Source: Acaryochloris thomasi RCC1774
GTDB taxonomy: Bacteria > Cyanobacteriota > Cyanobacteriia > Thermosynechococcales > Thermosynechococcaceae
NCBI RefSeq assembly: GCF_003231495.1
Contig: NZ_PQWO01000009.1
Location: forward strand, 1-32,000
Length of the DNA stretch: 32,000 bases
Reading direction: 5' to 3'
Shown: one piece after another, positions 7,581 through 16,347 of the stretch
How positions within the stretch are numbered: position 1 is the first letter of the stretch
Layout of the letters: each line of letters begins with the position of its first letter
Notes under the pieces: generated by a model
Told to the model about the DNA's origin: nothing
The model's database searches: none
The model's input: the letters and a program-made list of their open reading frames with translations, nothing else
Made by a program: the position numbers and the translations under genes

Positions 7581-8246
7581 CTATGACTTCAGGGCTGGGC
7601 TCAAACCGTACAGTTTCCCCTGATCGGGAGCAAGATCAGGAAGATTCTGCAGCGCCTGATCCCATTCCTGGTGATTCTCTAGAGCCTTAATCACCATAGG
7701 CAAAGGCTCTGCCAAAATGCCGTCAAAATCAACTTCTCCTGCAAGCGTTGTTGCGTAAGCGAGCTGTTCTTGAGGTGGCGTAAATTGTGCGTTGATACCC
7801 TCTCGATTGCCTCTTGGATCGAGGCGATACCAACCGAATGCTTCTAGATACACGGCATTGAAGCCGTGTAGACAGTAAGGAGTACCCTGATCGTTAAGGC
7901 TCAATCTCTGATAGCAAAAGCCTGCGGGGATGTTATTGGCCCTCAAAAGGGCGGCAAGAAGATGGCTCTTGGCAAAGCAGTAGCCGGTCCTGTGCTTGAG
8001 AACGTCTGATGCACAGCAGGTGACTGGATTCATCTGAGCATCAACGCTGTGGGCGATCTGATCACGGACCCATTCAAAGCAGAGTTTGGCAAGACGTTCC
8101 GTTTGACCGGATTCTGAGACTACGTTTTGCCCAGATTGTGACGCGGTGACTGCTGATTGTTGCGCGAATTCAATCTGCTGAGCACGCTCTAAAACGGCTG
8201 GGTGCTTCCAGTCAATGACCGGGCTAGCTTGAAGATACTCGTTCAT
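7581..8246 (-). CDS. Transglutaminase-like cysteine peptidase family protein
   Basis: 221 aa. The Cys-His-Asp core context is RTGYCFAKSHLLAALLRANNIPA, HGFNAVYL and WYRLDPRGN. Confidence 0.8.
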   Translation of the reverse strand: MNEYLQASPVIDWKHPAVLERAQQIEFAQQSAVTASQSGQNVVSESGQTERLAKLCFEWVRDQIAHSVDAQMNPVTCCASDVLKHRTGYCFAKSHLLAALLRANNIPAGFCYQRLSLNDQGTPYCLHGFNAVYLEAFGWYRLDPRGNREGINAQFTPPQEQLAYATTLAGEVDFDGILAEPLPMVIKALENHQEWDQALQNLPDLAPDQGKLYGLSPALKS

Positions 8247-8350
8247 GATTAAGCAGATTCTCAGTCAGATACTTTAGTGTGGGCTACAGGTGAAGAATGG
8301 AACATTCCGTTCACTGGTAATCACACCATAACTTTTGCAGGAAGAGGCCG

Positions 8351-8941
8351 ATGAACAAGGTAAAACAACTGAAGGCTTTAGGAATGGGGATGAGTCTGCC
8401 GTTTTGGGGTGCGATGGCTTTTAGCCTGCCTTCGGCAATTGCAGTCCTTTCTCCGTCTGCCGCACAATCTCTCCAGTTAGCGGATGGGACTGTTTCCTTT
8501 GCTCAAGCTCCCCAACTGCTTAAAGCCTCCACGCCTCACATTGGCGCCGCATTTCGAGGCGCTGACTACTACTTTACTTTCCGCATCCCTGAAGATGCCG
8601 GTGAACCTCTACAGCAGCTTACCTTTGCCCAACGCAAAGGATTGGAGCAAATTGACTTTCGGCTAGGTCCCACCCGTGCCTATCCCTCTCGACAGCGCAA
8701 ACAATCAATTGCCCTAGTCGCCACAACTGACGCTCAACAGCAGACTACTGTTCGTTTTGATGAACCTATTTTGCCTGGGGAAACGATCACTATAAGTTTA
8801 AAGGCTAAGCGCAATCCTAATTTAGGAGGTGTTTACCTCTTTGGAGTGACAGCATTTCCTGCGGGAGAGAAAGCGCAGGGGCAGTTTTTGGGGTACGGGC
8901 GTCTCCACTTTTTTAGAGCAGGCGGTGGTGGTAGAGGCTAA
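8351..8941 (+). CDS. Secreted DUF2808-like protein (cyanobacteria-restricted family, assigned from memory)
   Basis: 196 aa. Signal-peptide-like N-terminus (LPFWGAMAFSLPSAIAVLSPSAAQS). YYFTFRIPEDAGEPLQQLTF and NPNLGGVYLFGVTAFPAGE resemble DUF2808 blocks. Confidence 0.5.
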   Translation: MNKVKQLKALGMGMSLPFWGAMAFSLPSAIAVLSPSAAQSLQLADGTVSFAQAPQLLKASTPHIGAAFRGADYYFTFRIPEDAGEPLQQLTFAQRKGLEQIDFRLGPTRAYPSRQRKQSIALVATTDAQQQTTVRFDEPILPGETITISLKAKRNPNLGGVYLFGVTAFPAGEKAQGQFLGYGRLHFFRAGGGGRG

Positions 8942-9985
8942 ACGCCAAAAATAGGTTCTTTGATCAAAAATTTGGAAGTTGTTTGAGCCGTTTTGTGGTT
9001 TATAGAAAAGCCTTTTGTGATCTCCCGAATTTTCTTTTTAAGAAAGAATTTAAGTCTGCTTCCGTTCTTTCAAGAAGAGCCACTCCTCGATATGCAAGGT
9101 TTCACGAAGCTTGCTAAATGTTTTGGCGGGGTGGTTGATCTCACTGTGCTGAATATCAGGGTGGTCTTCTTTTTAGGAACACTCTTAGGCAAGATTCCCT
9201 TTATTTCCCTTTACGGTTGAAATGAGTGGACTGTCTTTCCCCTTTTTTTTATGGGACAGGTACTGACATTGGGAAAAACGTCGTGTACTGTGTCAATGGG
9301 TAATGCTTGTGCATGATCACCTCTTGCTCAAGATCAGCGCTGGAAATAAATTAAATTTGAGTTTGTTGCAATCTTTGTCGTCACTGCACTGTCTCAATGC
9401 TGATGCTTATTTTTAGTTCTTTAGAGAGTAAGTTCAAGGCGCAGTGATTTGCGACAAATCGCTTGAATCTGATAGCTGATCTACTCAAGTACCGATAGCG
9501 TACCCTGTTCTATCTCAGAACTATTTGGGGGCTAAGTTAAGTCAACCCTTCTTATTTTGAGGTATGGAATTTCACTGTGACTGTTTCCCCGCTGCTGAGG
9601 AAGAAGCGCATGTCAATGCTAAATTTCAATGGACCCTGATATATTTCTTGTTCATATTGGCGCATGCAACGTTGCGCATTCACCCATTATTCACCCCCAG
9701 GGAGGTAACCATTACGTAGGCGAGTTTGTCTCATGGCTCTGTCCATTGGGATTGAGAGTAAATCCTTCCTACTGAATAGCGCTGTTAGGGGTGTCATATG
9801 CCTGCTACAGCAAATGAGGCACTGTTCCCACTCAAGAGACTGAATTTGAAATGATGAAGTTTTCCTGCTTTTGTGGTCTTTTAAACGTGATTCAGTTTTA
9901 GAAACGCTCATTCTGGGTTATATAGACTCTAAAACTTACATATTCTTCGATTTCTGCCGTCAGTTGCTCTCTTGCGTAATTCATC

Positions 9986-11335
9986 ATGATCAAAAATATA
10001 CCCATATTTAATTTGCTGAGTATTGGCCATCGTGGTGTTGGGAAGTCAGTTTTTTTGGCAGGTACCTATGCTGATGTCCGCTCAGGTCGACAGGCAGACT
10101 CGGGCTATATCCGGTTTGAGGGTGCTAATGATCAAACTCAGGCACAGCTTGAGGAACTTCTGGACTATATGGAGCAGACGGGGCAATATCCGCCACCTAC
10201 CCTAAAGATGACTGACTTTACCTTCAGGGGTACGCCGCGCCGCCGTCACGATCAAACGCTATGTGAATTCCGCTGGGCTGACGTTCCAGGTGAAATCTGC
10301 CGCCCCACCCATCCTGATTTTGAGGCAATGTTGCTCAACTCCCACGGGTGCTGCATGTTTATTGATGCTGTCGCCCTTGTCCAGGATCTGAACTATCCAA
10401 CGCAGCTAGACGAGATGGCTCAGCAGGCAGAAGCGATGGCTTCTTTGGCGGCTCAAAGCGGTTTGAAGTATCTTTTCGCCCTGATTTTGACGAAGTGTGA
10501 TTTGCTGCCTGCTGGTTCTGCGAACTTGATCGACATTGAGCAAAGGTTGCGACCGCTCACGACTCGCTTAGATGCAGCCCGTGCCGTTTACCGTCAGTTC
10601 TACTCCTCTGTCTCGATTATTTCTTCTGGAAAGACTTCGGTGGCGGTGGCTAGGAATACGTCTGCCCCTATTTCTTGGATGCTCTCGGAACTATATAGTG
10701 CGTCTCGAACTCGAACCCTCTTAAAGCTAGGCAATGGCTGTGAAAAGGCGCTACTGAAGACCCAGCTTCCTCCGCTTTTGGGGCAGTCAGCCAATCTCAT
10801 GCCGAAAGCACTGGCGGCTTTTGGGATTGCGGCTGTGGGCATGGGACTTTGGTTGGGGGGCAGTCAACTGCAGTTCCAGGCTGGGCAAGCACAGTCCTCT
10901 CCTTTGCAAGAACAGGCGTCATTGGAGGTTAGGAGGTATGAAAAAGCTTTAAAGAAGAATGCACAAGATGGTGAGGCGTTGCTGAGGCTGGTGGACCTGC
11001 ATCGAGAGCAGGAGCAGTATGAGTCTGCCGTGGGCTATTTAGAACGGCTCATTGCCCTTCAGCCGGGTAACTTCAATCTTTATTTCTCGAAGGCAGATCT
11101 CTACGCGGCGATGAATCGTAAGGATAAGGAGGAGGCCGCCTATGATCAAGTACTGGCCCAGCAGAACGATAACGTCACGGCACTGACGAATAAGGCGATT
11201 CTCCGCAGCACTCAGGGTGATGTAGAGACTGCACGTACGTTGTTTGCTAAGGCGGAGGCGAATGCTCCTGACGGGAAGCTGAGGCAAACGATCCAGGCTG
11301 TGGCAAATGATATGCTAAATCCCAGCGACCAATAG
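9986..11335 (+). CDS. Membrane-anchored Ras-like small GTPase domain fused to TPR repeats
   Basis: 449 aa. G1 is GHRGVGKS (aa 14-21), G3 is DVPGE (aa 99-103), and G4 is a TKCD variant (aa 169-172). The Ras-like beta4 strand is CCMFIDAV. One predicted TM helix, ALAAFGIAAVGMGLWLGG, sits at about aa 275-292. The C-terminal ~130 aa are TPR-like (GEALLRLVDLHREQEQYESAVGYLERLIALQPGNFNLYFSKADLYAAMNRKDKEEAAYDQVLAQ...). Confidence 0.7.
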   Translation: MIKNIPIFNLLSIGHRGVGKSVFLAGTYADVRSGRQADSGYIRFEGANDQTQAQLEELLDYMEQTGQYPPPTLKMTDFTFRGTPRRRHDQTLCEFRWADVPGEICRPTHPDFEAMLLNSHGCCMFIDAVALVQDLNYPTQLDEMAQQAEAMASLAAQSGLKYLFALILTKCDLLPAGSANLIDIEQRLRPLTTRLDAARAVYRQFYSSVSIISSGKTSVAVARNTSAPISWMLSELYSASRTRTLLKLGNGCEKALLKTQLPPLLGQSANLMPKALAAFGIAAVGMGLWLGGSQLQFQAGQAQSSPLQEQASLEVRRYEKALKKNAQDGEALLRLVDLHREQEQYESAVGYLERLIALQPGNFNLYFSKADLYAAMNRKDKEEAAYDQVLAQQNDNVTALTNKAILRSTQGDVETARTLFAKAEANAPDGKLRQTIQAVANDMLNPSDQ

Positions 11336-11373
11336 GAAAACAGTGTCTCTCTGCATGCAAGAGACTCTCGATT

Positions 11374-11862
11374 ATGAGGCTGGTTCCCTACCATACTTTT
11401 ACGTTGCAAACGGATTCTCCGCAGTCCTTGGTTTTCCAACGTCTTCAGGAGCAAGTGGAGCCAGTAAAGCTTTTGCGTTTGCTCTTGCGCGATCATGCCC
11501 CCTATCAAGGGGTGGTGTCTGAAGAGAGTTTTAAAATCCATCGGATTATTCACTATCGCAATTCGTTCTTACCCGTTATTCGAGGACGCTTTGAAGAACA
11601 GGGTGACATGACTCTCGTCCATGTGACGATGAGCTTTCATCCTGTTGTATCTTTGTTTCTAGGGGTATGGCTGCTCTTCTGGTATGGGTTTACGGTGCCG
11701 ATTGCGATCGCAAATCTGACCACGAATCTATTCCCGACCGGAATCGGACTCGTCTTTCTTGGGATGCCTCTCCTCTTTCTGATGATTGCCTGGTTCGCAT
11801 TTTGGGGTGAAGCTAATCGCAGCCAGCGTGACCTAGAAAAGTTTCTGTTGGCAAGTGTATGA
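11374..11862 (+). CDS. Small membrane protein (soluble N-terminal ~85 aa plus 2 TM helices)
   Basis: 162 aa. Hydrophobic segments are VVSLFLGVWLLFWYGFTVPIAIA and GIGLVFLGMPLLFLMIAWFAFW. It starts 38 nt after the GTPase-TPR stop on the same strand. Confidence 0.55.
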   Translation: MRLVPYHTFTLQTDSPQSLVFQRLQEQVEPVKLLRLLLRDHAPYQGVVSEESFKIHRIIHYRNSFLPVIRGRFEEQGDMTLVHVTMSFHPVVSLFLGVWLLFWYGFTVPIAIANLTTNLFPTGIGLVFLGMPLLFLMIAWFAFWGEANRSQRDLEKFLLASV

Positions 11863-11912
11863 TCACTAATCAAAAAACATCCCATTCATAGCCAAGAATC
11901 TTGATCTCCTCT

Positions 11913-12185
11913 TCACAAATCTGAAGAGGAAAACTGGCGGAATTCTTTAAATAATGAAGTTAATAAATCTATGTCGTTAGGTATATCTGGTAGAGGGCGG
12001 CTTGGGTCTGCCTTTGGATTTTGAAATGTCTTTGGAATCAGTAAAAACTCTATTTCTCTAAAAGGTGTGTAAGGCGCTGGCATTTCATCTCTAAAACTAA
12101 CTTCACCCTCACTATATGGGCCTGGTATTCCAAAGCAGCGGAAAAAACGCTCATCATTAATAAACTTCAGTTGTAATCCGCCTAA
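11913..12185 (-). pseudogene. Possible gene relic: 90-codon stop-free frame without a usable start
   Basis: The minus-strand frame reads LGGLQLKFINDERFFRCFGIPGPYSEGEVSFRDEMPAPYTPFREIEFLLIPKTFQNPKADPSRPLPDIPNDIDLLTSLFKEFRQFSSSDL. It is bounded upstream by an in-frame TGA (12186-12188). The same frame stays open for another 27 codons above that TGA (KIASSTVAHISSAKWRKLFNVLREFEG). The only Met leaves 52 aa. The segment is visibly AT-richer than its neighbours. Confidence 0.25.
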
Positions 12186-12351
12186 TCATCCTTCGAACTC
12201 TCTTAATACATTGAAAAGCTTGCGCCACTTTGCACTGCTTATATGAGCAACCGTTGAGGAAGCTATTTTTTATCTAGATGTCTTTGTCTTTGTTCTTTCA
12301 CGTTGCAAAAGCTGTTTTAGTCCAAGCTAATGTGTAAGACGAAAGTCATTG

Positions 12352-13449
12352 CTATTCAAGCGCTATCTGTATGCGAGAAATCGTTCGCTGATTCTCCTCA
12401 GGCGAACCAACGGTAATGCGAAGACCGCCCCCAGTGTGGCGAATCGAGGTGCCCTGACGCTTGAGATCTTGAGCCAGTTTAGCCGTCGCTTCTGCTGAAG
12501 AGGCTCGCAAATAGATAAAGTTAGCCGCGCTGGGCCAAAGCTGTAGGCTCGGGAACTGAGCCAGGGCCTGATAAAGACGATCTCGCTCTGAGATTGCTTC
12601 AGGAATGTTCTGCAGTAGTTCTTGCCGTTGAGACATTGCCAGTTCCGCAGCAGCCAAAGACATTGCCGGTAGATTGTACGGGAGCCGTACTTTTTCTAAA
12701 ACGTTGGTGAGTTTAGGTGTTGCGATCGCATATCCCACCCGATGCGCTGCCAATCGAAAAGCCTTAGAGAAGGTTCGCAGAATGATCCAGTTCGTGCGAT
12801 GCTGCACCTCTGCCACCAACGTCTGCTGCGAAAACTCAAAATAGGCTTCATCTACCACTACCAGAATCTCTTCCGGCAGACTTTTTAACCACTCGATCTC
12901 TGTCGTCGTGAGTGGATTCCCGGTCGGAGAGTTGGGATGCACGACGAACACAGTGCGAATCGGAGCGTTGATTGGTGTTGAAACTGTAGCCTGAGCTGCT
13001 TCTAGATCCATTGAAAAATCATCATGGCGATCAACCGTCACCACCGGGATGCCTAACGTTTGGGCCAAAATGCCGTACATCGAAAAGGTAGGAGCGGCCA
13101 CCAATATAGAACCCTGCCCTCCCAGGCAAGTCGCAATCAGCAACGAGCGAATTAGCTCATCAGACCCGTTCCCCACGGAAATCGCGTCTGCTGAGCAAGA
13201 GAGTGCGCTCGTTTCACTGACGTAGGCAGCAATGGCTTGCTTGAGGGCTAAGTGACCACCATCTGGATATCGGTTAGCTGAAATCTGTTGCTGATAGTTC
13301 CAGGCTAGCTTCTCCTTAAGAGGCTCTGGCAGATCGTAGGGACACTCGTTGGTGTCTAACTGATCCACTTGAGCGGGCTGTTCCGCCGATTCAGGATGAG
13401 GTGTATAGGCCGTGAGTTGAGCGAGATCTGAACGAATAAACGGCAGCAT
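12352..13449 (-). CDS. hisC: Histidinol-phosphate aminotransferase
   Basis: 365 aa. Motifs: [43 protein letters not shown], and the PLP-lysine context [18 protein letters not shown]. Confidence 0.92.
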   Translation of the reverse strand: MLPFIRSDLAQLTAYTPHPESAEQPAQVDQLDTNECPYDLPEPLKEKLAWNYQQQISANRYPDGGHLALKQAIAAYVSETSALSCSADAISVGNGSDELIRSLLIATCLGGQGSILVAAPTFSMYGILAQTLGIPVVTVDRHDDFSMDLEAAQATVSTPINAPIRTVFVVHPNSPTGNPLTTTEIEWLKSLPEEILVVVDEAYFEFSQQTLVAEVQHRTNWIILRTFSKAFRLAAHRVGYAIATPKLTNVLEKVRLPYNLPAMSLAAAELAMSQRQELLQNIPEAISERDRLYQALAQFPSLQLWPSAANFIYLRASSAEATAKLAQDLKRQGTSIRHTGGGLRITVGSPEENQRTISRIQIALE

Positions 13450-13502
13450 AGCCCTAAACCTGTTTGTTAATATTTCTTAGTAACCCTAGGCCACTCACAA
13501 TT

Positions 13503-14150
13503 ATGTTGCTGCAGCCCCATCAGCGTACCAAACTCGACGAGACTCAGGACGATTTATTCTACGACTATCCTCGCTTTGTGACCCATGTTGATGATCGGTT
13601 CATTGAACAACTGACGCAGCTATATTGCGATCGCATCCCCACAAACGCTCGCGTCCTGGATTTAATGAGCAGTTGGGTCTCTCACCTGCCGAAAGACGTC
13701 ACCTACAGCCATGTCGAAGGTCACGGCCTCAACGCTGAGGAATTGGCCAAAAATCCGCAATTAGATCACTACTTTGTGCAAAATCTCAACGAGAATCCGA
13801 AGCTACCGCTAGCAGACCAGAGCTTTGACGCTGTTCTGATTGCCGTATCGGTGCAGTATCTTCAGTATCCTGAAGCCGTGTTTAGTGAAATTCATCGAGT
13901 TTTGACGGTTGGGGGCGCTGCCATTGTTAGCTTCTCCAACCGAATGTTTCCTAACAAAGCCATTCAGGCATGGCGGGAATCAGGCGATCAAGAGCATCTG
14001 CAGATGGTCAAAACCTACTTCGAATCCATTAAGGGCTTCGGTTCTCCAGAAGCCATCGTCAATCGACCGGAAGAGAACGCTATTCTGGCCCTATTTAATA
14101 TTGGGACAAGCGATCCCTTCCTTGCTGTCACTGCCACAAAAGCAGCATAG
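13503..14150 (+). CDS. Class I SAM-dependent methyltransferase (Methyltransf_11-like)
   Basis: The ORF track starts at a TTG (13464). The first ATG, at 13503 (MLLQPHQ...), is the more likely start. Motifs: RVLDLMSSWVSHLP (motif I-like) and FDAVLIAVSVQYL...VLTVGGAAIVSF. Confidence 0.78.
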   Translation: MLLQPHQRTKLDETQDDLFYDYPRFVTHVDDRFIEQLTQLYCDRIPTNARVLDLMSSWVSHLPKDVTYSHVEGHGLNAEELAKNPQLDHYFVQNLNENPKLPLADQSFDAVLIAVSVQYLQYPEAVFSEIHRVLTVGGAAIVSFSNRMFPNKAIQAWRESGDQEHLQMVKTYFESIKGFGSPEAIVNRPEENAILALFNIGTSDPFLAVTATKAA

Positions 14151-14156
14151 AAATTT

Positions 14157-14190
14157 AAAAGGTAGGGCTGAGAAATACAGCCCTACCTTT
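14157..14190. terminator. Bidirectional Rho-independent terminator between convergent genes
   Basis: AAAA-GGTAGGGCTG (14161-14170), loop AGAAATA, CAGCCCTACC (14178-14187), then TTT. This is a perfect 10-bp GC-rich stem flanked by an A-run and a T-run. It lies between the methyltransferase stop (14150) and the RTX gene stop (14237). Confidence 0.75.
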
Positions 14191-14236
14191 CATTCTTGAT
14201 GGTTTCTATCTTGCGTAGCGATGCCTTTCGGATCGA

Positions 14237-15946
14237 TTAGATGATCTTAATATCGCTGTTCGTGAGATTCGCACGGTTTAAGAAGGTGGCAATTAGGGTT
14301 TGACCCTGACCACCGCTGCCATCGGCATCGAAGAACAATCTGCCATTACCTTGATTGTAGATGAACCGATCATTACCGTCGCTTGCCCCTGTGCCCAGAA
14401 CAAATGCACTGGCAGCCAACCCTCCGGTCGCTAGTCCTCCGAAACCACTGGCAACAACTTGAACAGTGTCATCCGCGACTGAAAAGCCTTCAATGATGTC
14501 TGGGCCTTCTGTCGCAGAGTTAAACCGAATGGTGTCAGCTCCTGCTCCTCCCGCAATCACATCACGTCCCCGTCCACCGACGAGTAGGTCATTATCTAGA
14601 CCACCTTTAAGGGTGTCATTGTTGCTGCCGCCGTAGAGCGAATCATCGCCCGTGCAGCCCAGAAGTGAGTCATTACCTGCGTCACCAAAGATGAGATCGC
14701 CACCGCTGGATTCATTGCCGCCAATTAAAGTGTCGTTGCCAAAACTCCCGCGCAGCAGGTCAGAGCCATTGCCCCCGAAGAGGGAATCGCTACCGCTTCC
14801 ACCCTTCAATTCATCATTGCCGTTGCCGCCGTTTAGACTGTCCGCGCCACTGGCACCATCTAGCGTATCGTTCCCGTCGCCGCTCCAGAGACGGTCATTG
14901 CCGTCTCCCCCGAACAGCAAGCTGCTACCGCTGCCATCGCCGACAAAGTCGTCCCCAGTGCCGCCGTAAAGCGTATCTTTACCTGCGCCTCCCCAGAGTG
15001 AGTCGTTGCCTGCTTTACCCCAGAGCACGTCGTTGCCATCGCCACCATTTAAGGTGTCATTGTCATCGCCACCATCTAAGGTGTCATTGCCCTTGCCGCC
15101 GTAGAGGTTATCCTTACCGCTACCGGCGATCAGAAGATCCTTGTCGTCGCCTCCATCAAGGGTGTCGTTGCCGATACCGCCATAAAGAGAATCGTCCCCT
15201 GTGCAGCCTAGTAGACTATCGTTACCTGCCTCACCATAGACTCGGTCACCGCCAGCAGAATCGTTACCGCCGATTAGAGTGTCATCTCCGCCGCGACCAT
15301 AGAGAACATCGGCACCGTCTGCTCCAAAGAGAGAATCGTTCCCCTTGCCGCCGTCTAAGATATCGTTGCCGCTGCCTGCATTTAGGGTGTCAGCGCCATC
15401 GCCACCTTTGACCGTATCGTTACCTGCTCCACTCCAAAGACGGTCGTTGCCGTTTCCGCCAAAAAGCTTACTGCTACCGTCTCCATCATTAACGATGTCG
15501 TTTCCGTCGCCACCGTAAAGCGTATCTTTGCCTGCGCCTCCCCAGAGCGAGTCGTTGCCCGCTTCACCCCAGAGCGAGTCATTTCCTTCACCGCCATTGA
15601 GCGTATCTTTCCCCACTCCGCCCTTGAGGGTGTCGTTGCCCTTGCCACCGAACAACATGTCATTGCCTTGTTCACCAGAGAGAAAGTCTCGATCATCTCC
15701 TCCATCTAAGGTGTCATTGTCACGACCGCCGTACAGTGAGTCATCCCCTGTACACCCCAACAAGCTGTCGTTACCCGCTCTACCAAAAACACGGTCACCA
15801 CCACTGGAGTCATTTCCGCCAATGAGCCGATCATTCCCGCCACGGCCATCTAGGAGATCAGCTCCGTCTGCACCACCAAATAGAGTATCCTTCCCATTTC
15901 CCCCCGTGAGCGTATCCTTACCAGCCGTTCCATTGGTTCTAGGCAT
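14237..15946 (-). CDS. RTX / hemolysin-type calcium-binding repeat protein (likely type I secretion substrate)
   Basis: 569 aa made almost entirely of GGxGxDxLx nonapeptides (GGNGKDTLFGG, GGKGNDTLKGG, ...). The non-repeat C-terminal ~100 aa end in RFIYNQGNGRLFFDADGSGG...LTNSDIKII. A strong SD, GGAGG (15953-15957 on the minus strand), sits 6 nt upstream of the ATG. Confidence 0.9.
   Translation of the reverse strand: MPRTNGTAGKDTLTGGNGKDTLFGGADGADLLDGRGGNDRLIGGNDSSGGDRVFGRAGNDSLLGCTGDDSLYGGRDNDTLDGGDDRDFLSGEQGNDMLFGGKGNDTLKGGVGKDTLNGGEGNDSLWGEAGNDSLWGGAGKDTLYGGDGNDIVNDGDGSSKLFGGNGNDRLWSGAGNDTVKGGDGADTLNAGSGNDILDGGKGNDSLFGADGADVLYGRGGDDTLIGGNDSAGGDRVYGEAGNDSLLGCTGDDSLYGGIGNDTLDGGDDKDLLIAGSGKDNLYGGKGNDTLDGGDDNDTLNGGDGNDVLWGKAGNDSLWGGAGKDTLYGGTGDDFVGDGSGSSLLFGGDGNDRLWSGDGNDTLDGASGADSLNGGNGNDELKGGSGSDSLFGGNGSDLLRGSFGNDTLIGGNESSGGDLIFGDAGNDSLLGCTGDDSLYGGSNNDTLKGGLDNDLLVGGRGRDVIAGGAGADTIRFNSATEGPDIIEGFSVADDTVQVVASGFGGLATGGLAASAFVLGTGASDGNDRFIYNQGNGRLFFDADGSGGQGQTLIATFLNRANLTNSDIKII
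14597..15883 (-). repeat. 2.3 tandem copies of a 549-bp (183-aa) super-repeat inside the RTX gene
   Basis: Landmark GGN(D/E)S(S/A)GGD occurs at aa 43, 226 and 409. The single Cys in LLGCTGDDSLYGG occurs at aa 65, 248 and 431. The spacing is exactly 183 aa each time. Confidence 0.85.
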
Positions 15947-16347
15947 AATTTACCTCCACTCACAAAATTTACATATCGATCAAACTAGAGAGCTACTTGC
16001 CCTGAGTTCTTAGCTTCTGTCAAATTCTGACAAAACTTCACTAAATTTATAATTAAGGCCGTGAAGGACTGGTGAATTTTTCTCTGCTCAATTTTTATAT
16101 ATTGAGACAAAATGTTTGAACTTTAGAAAAGTAAAGGCTTTTTGTTGAGGTCGCCTACTTTGATTTGTGCTCAGCACCAATAAAAATTAGGGCGGTATTT
16201 GATTTGTTGCCGCTTCTAACTCTAAAAAATAAGATGCTTTGTGTTGTGCCCCAGATAGATGAATTCCTTGCATCAAAGGCTTTTTGCGCCCAGTCTGACT
16301 GTTTCGCTATGAGCTTGTTGGGTTAATTTGGATTTGGATTTGGTATT

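Noticed and set aside
8993-9220. 75-aa plus-strand ORF and 74-aa minus-strand ORF (9687-9911) in the AT-rich gap
   Set aside because: They have non-ATG or weak starts, no SD, and a composition typical of translated AT-rich non-coding DNA. They are kept only as part of the description of the unexplained gap.
11345-11365. Hairpin GTCTCT-N9-AGAGAC between the GTPase-TPR gene and the downstream membrane-protein gene
   Set aside because: It has only a 6-bp stem and no U-tract, and it lies 9 nt before the next start codon. That is too weak to call a terminator or attenuator.
11212-11553. 113-aa minus-strand ORF bridging the GTPase-TPR 3' end and the next gene's 5' end
   Set aside because: It overlaps two co-oriented, better-supported genes and the spacer between them, and it has no motif.
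14652-16013. Three plus-strand ORFs (105, 137 and 161 aa) antisense to the RTX gene, rich in P/S/L or R/H/C
   Set aside because: They are the expected by-product of the GGxGxD codon periodicity read on the opposite strand. Their low-complexity composition mirrors the repeat. The minus-strand RTX frame has the SD site and a coherent C-terminal domain.
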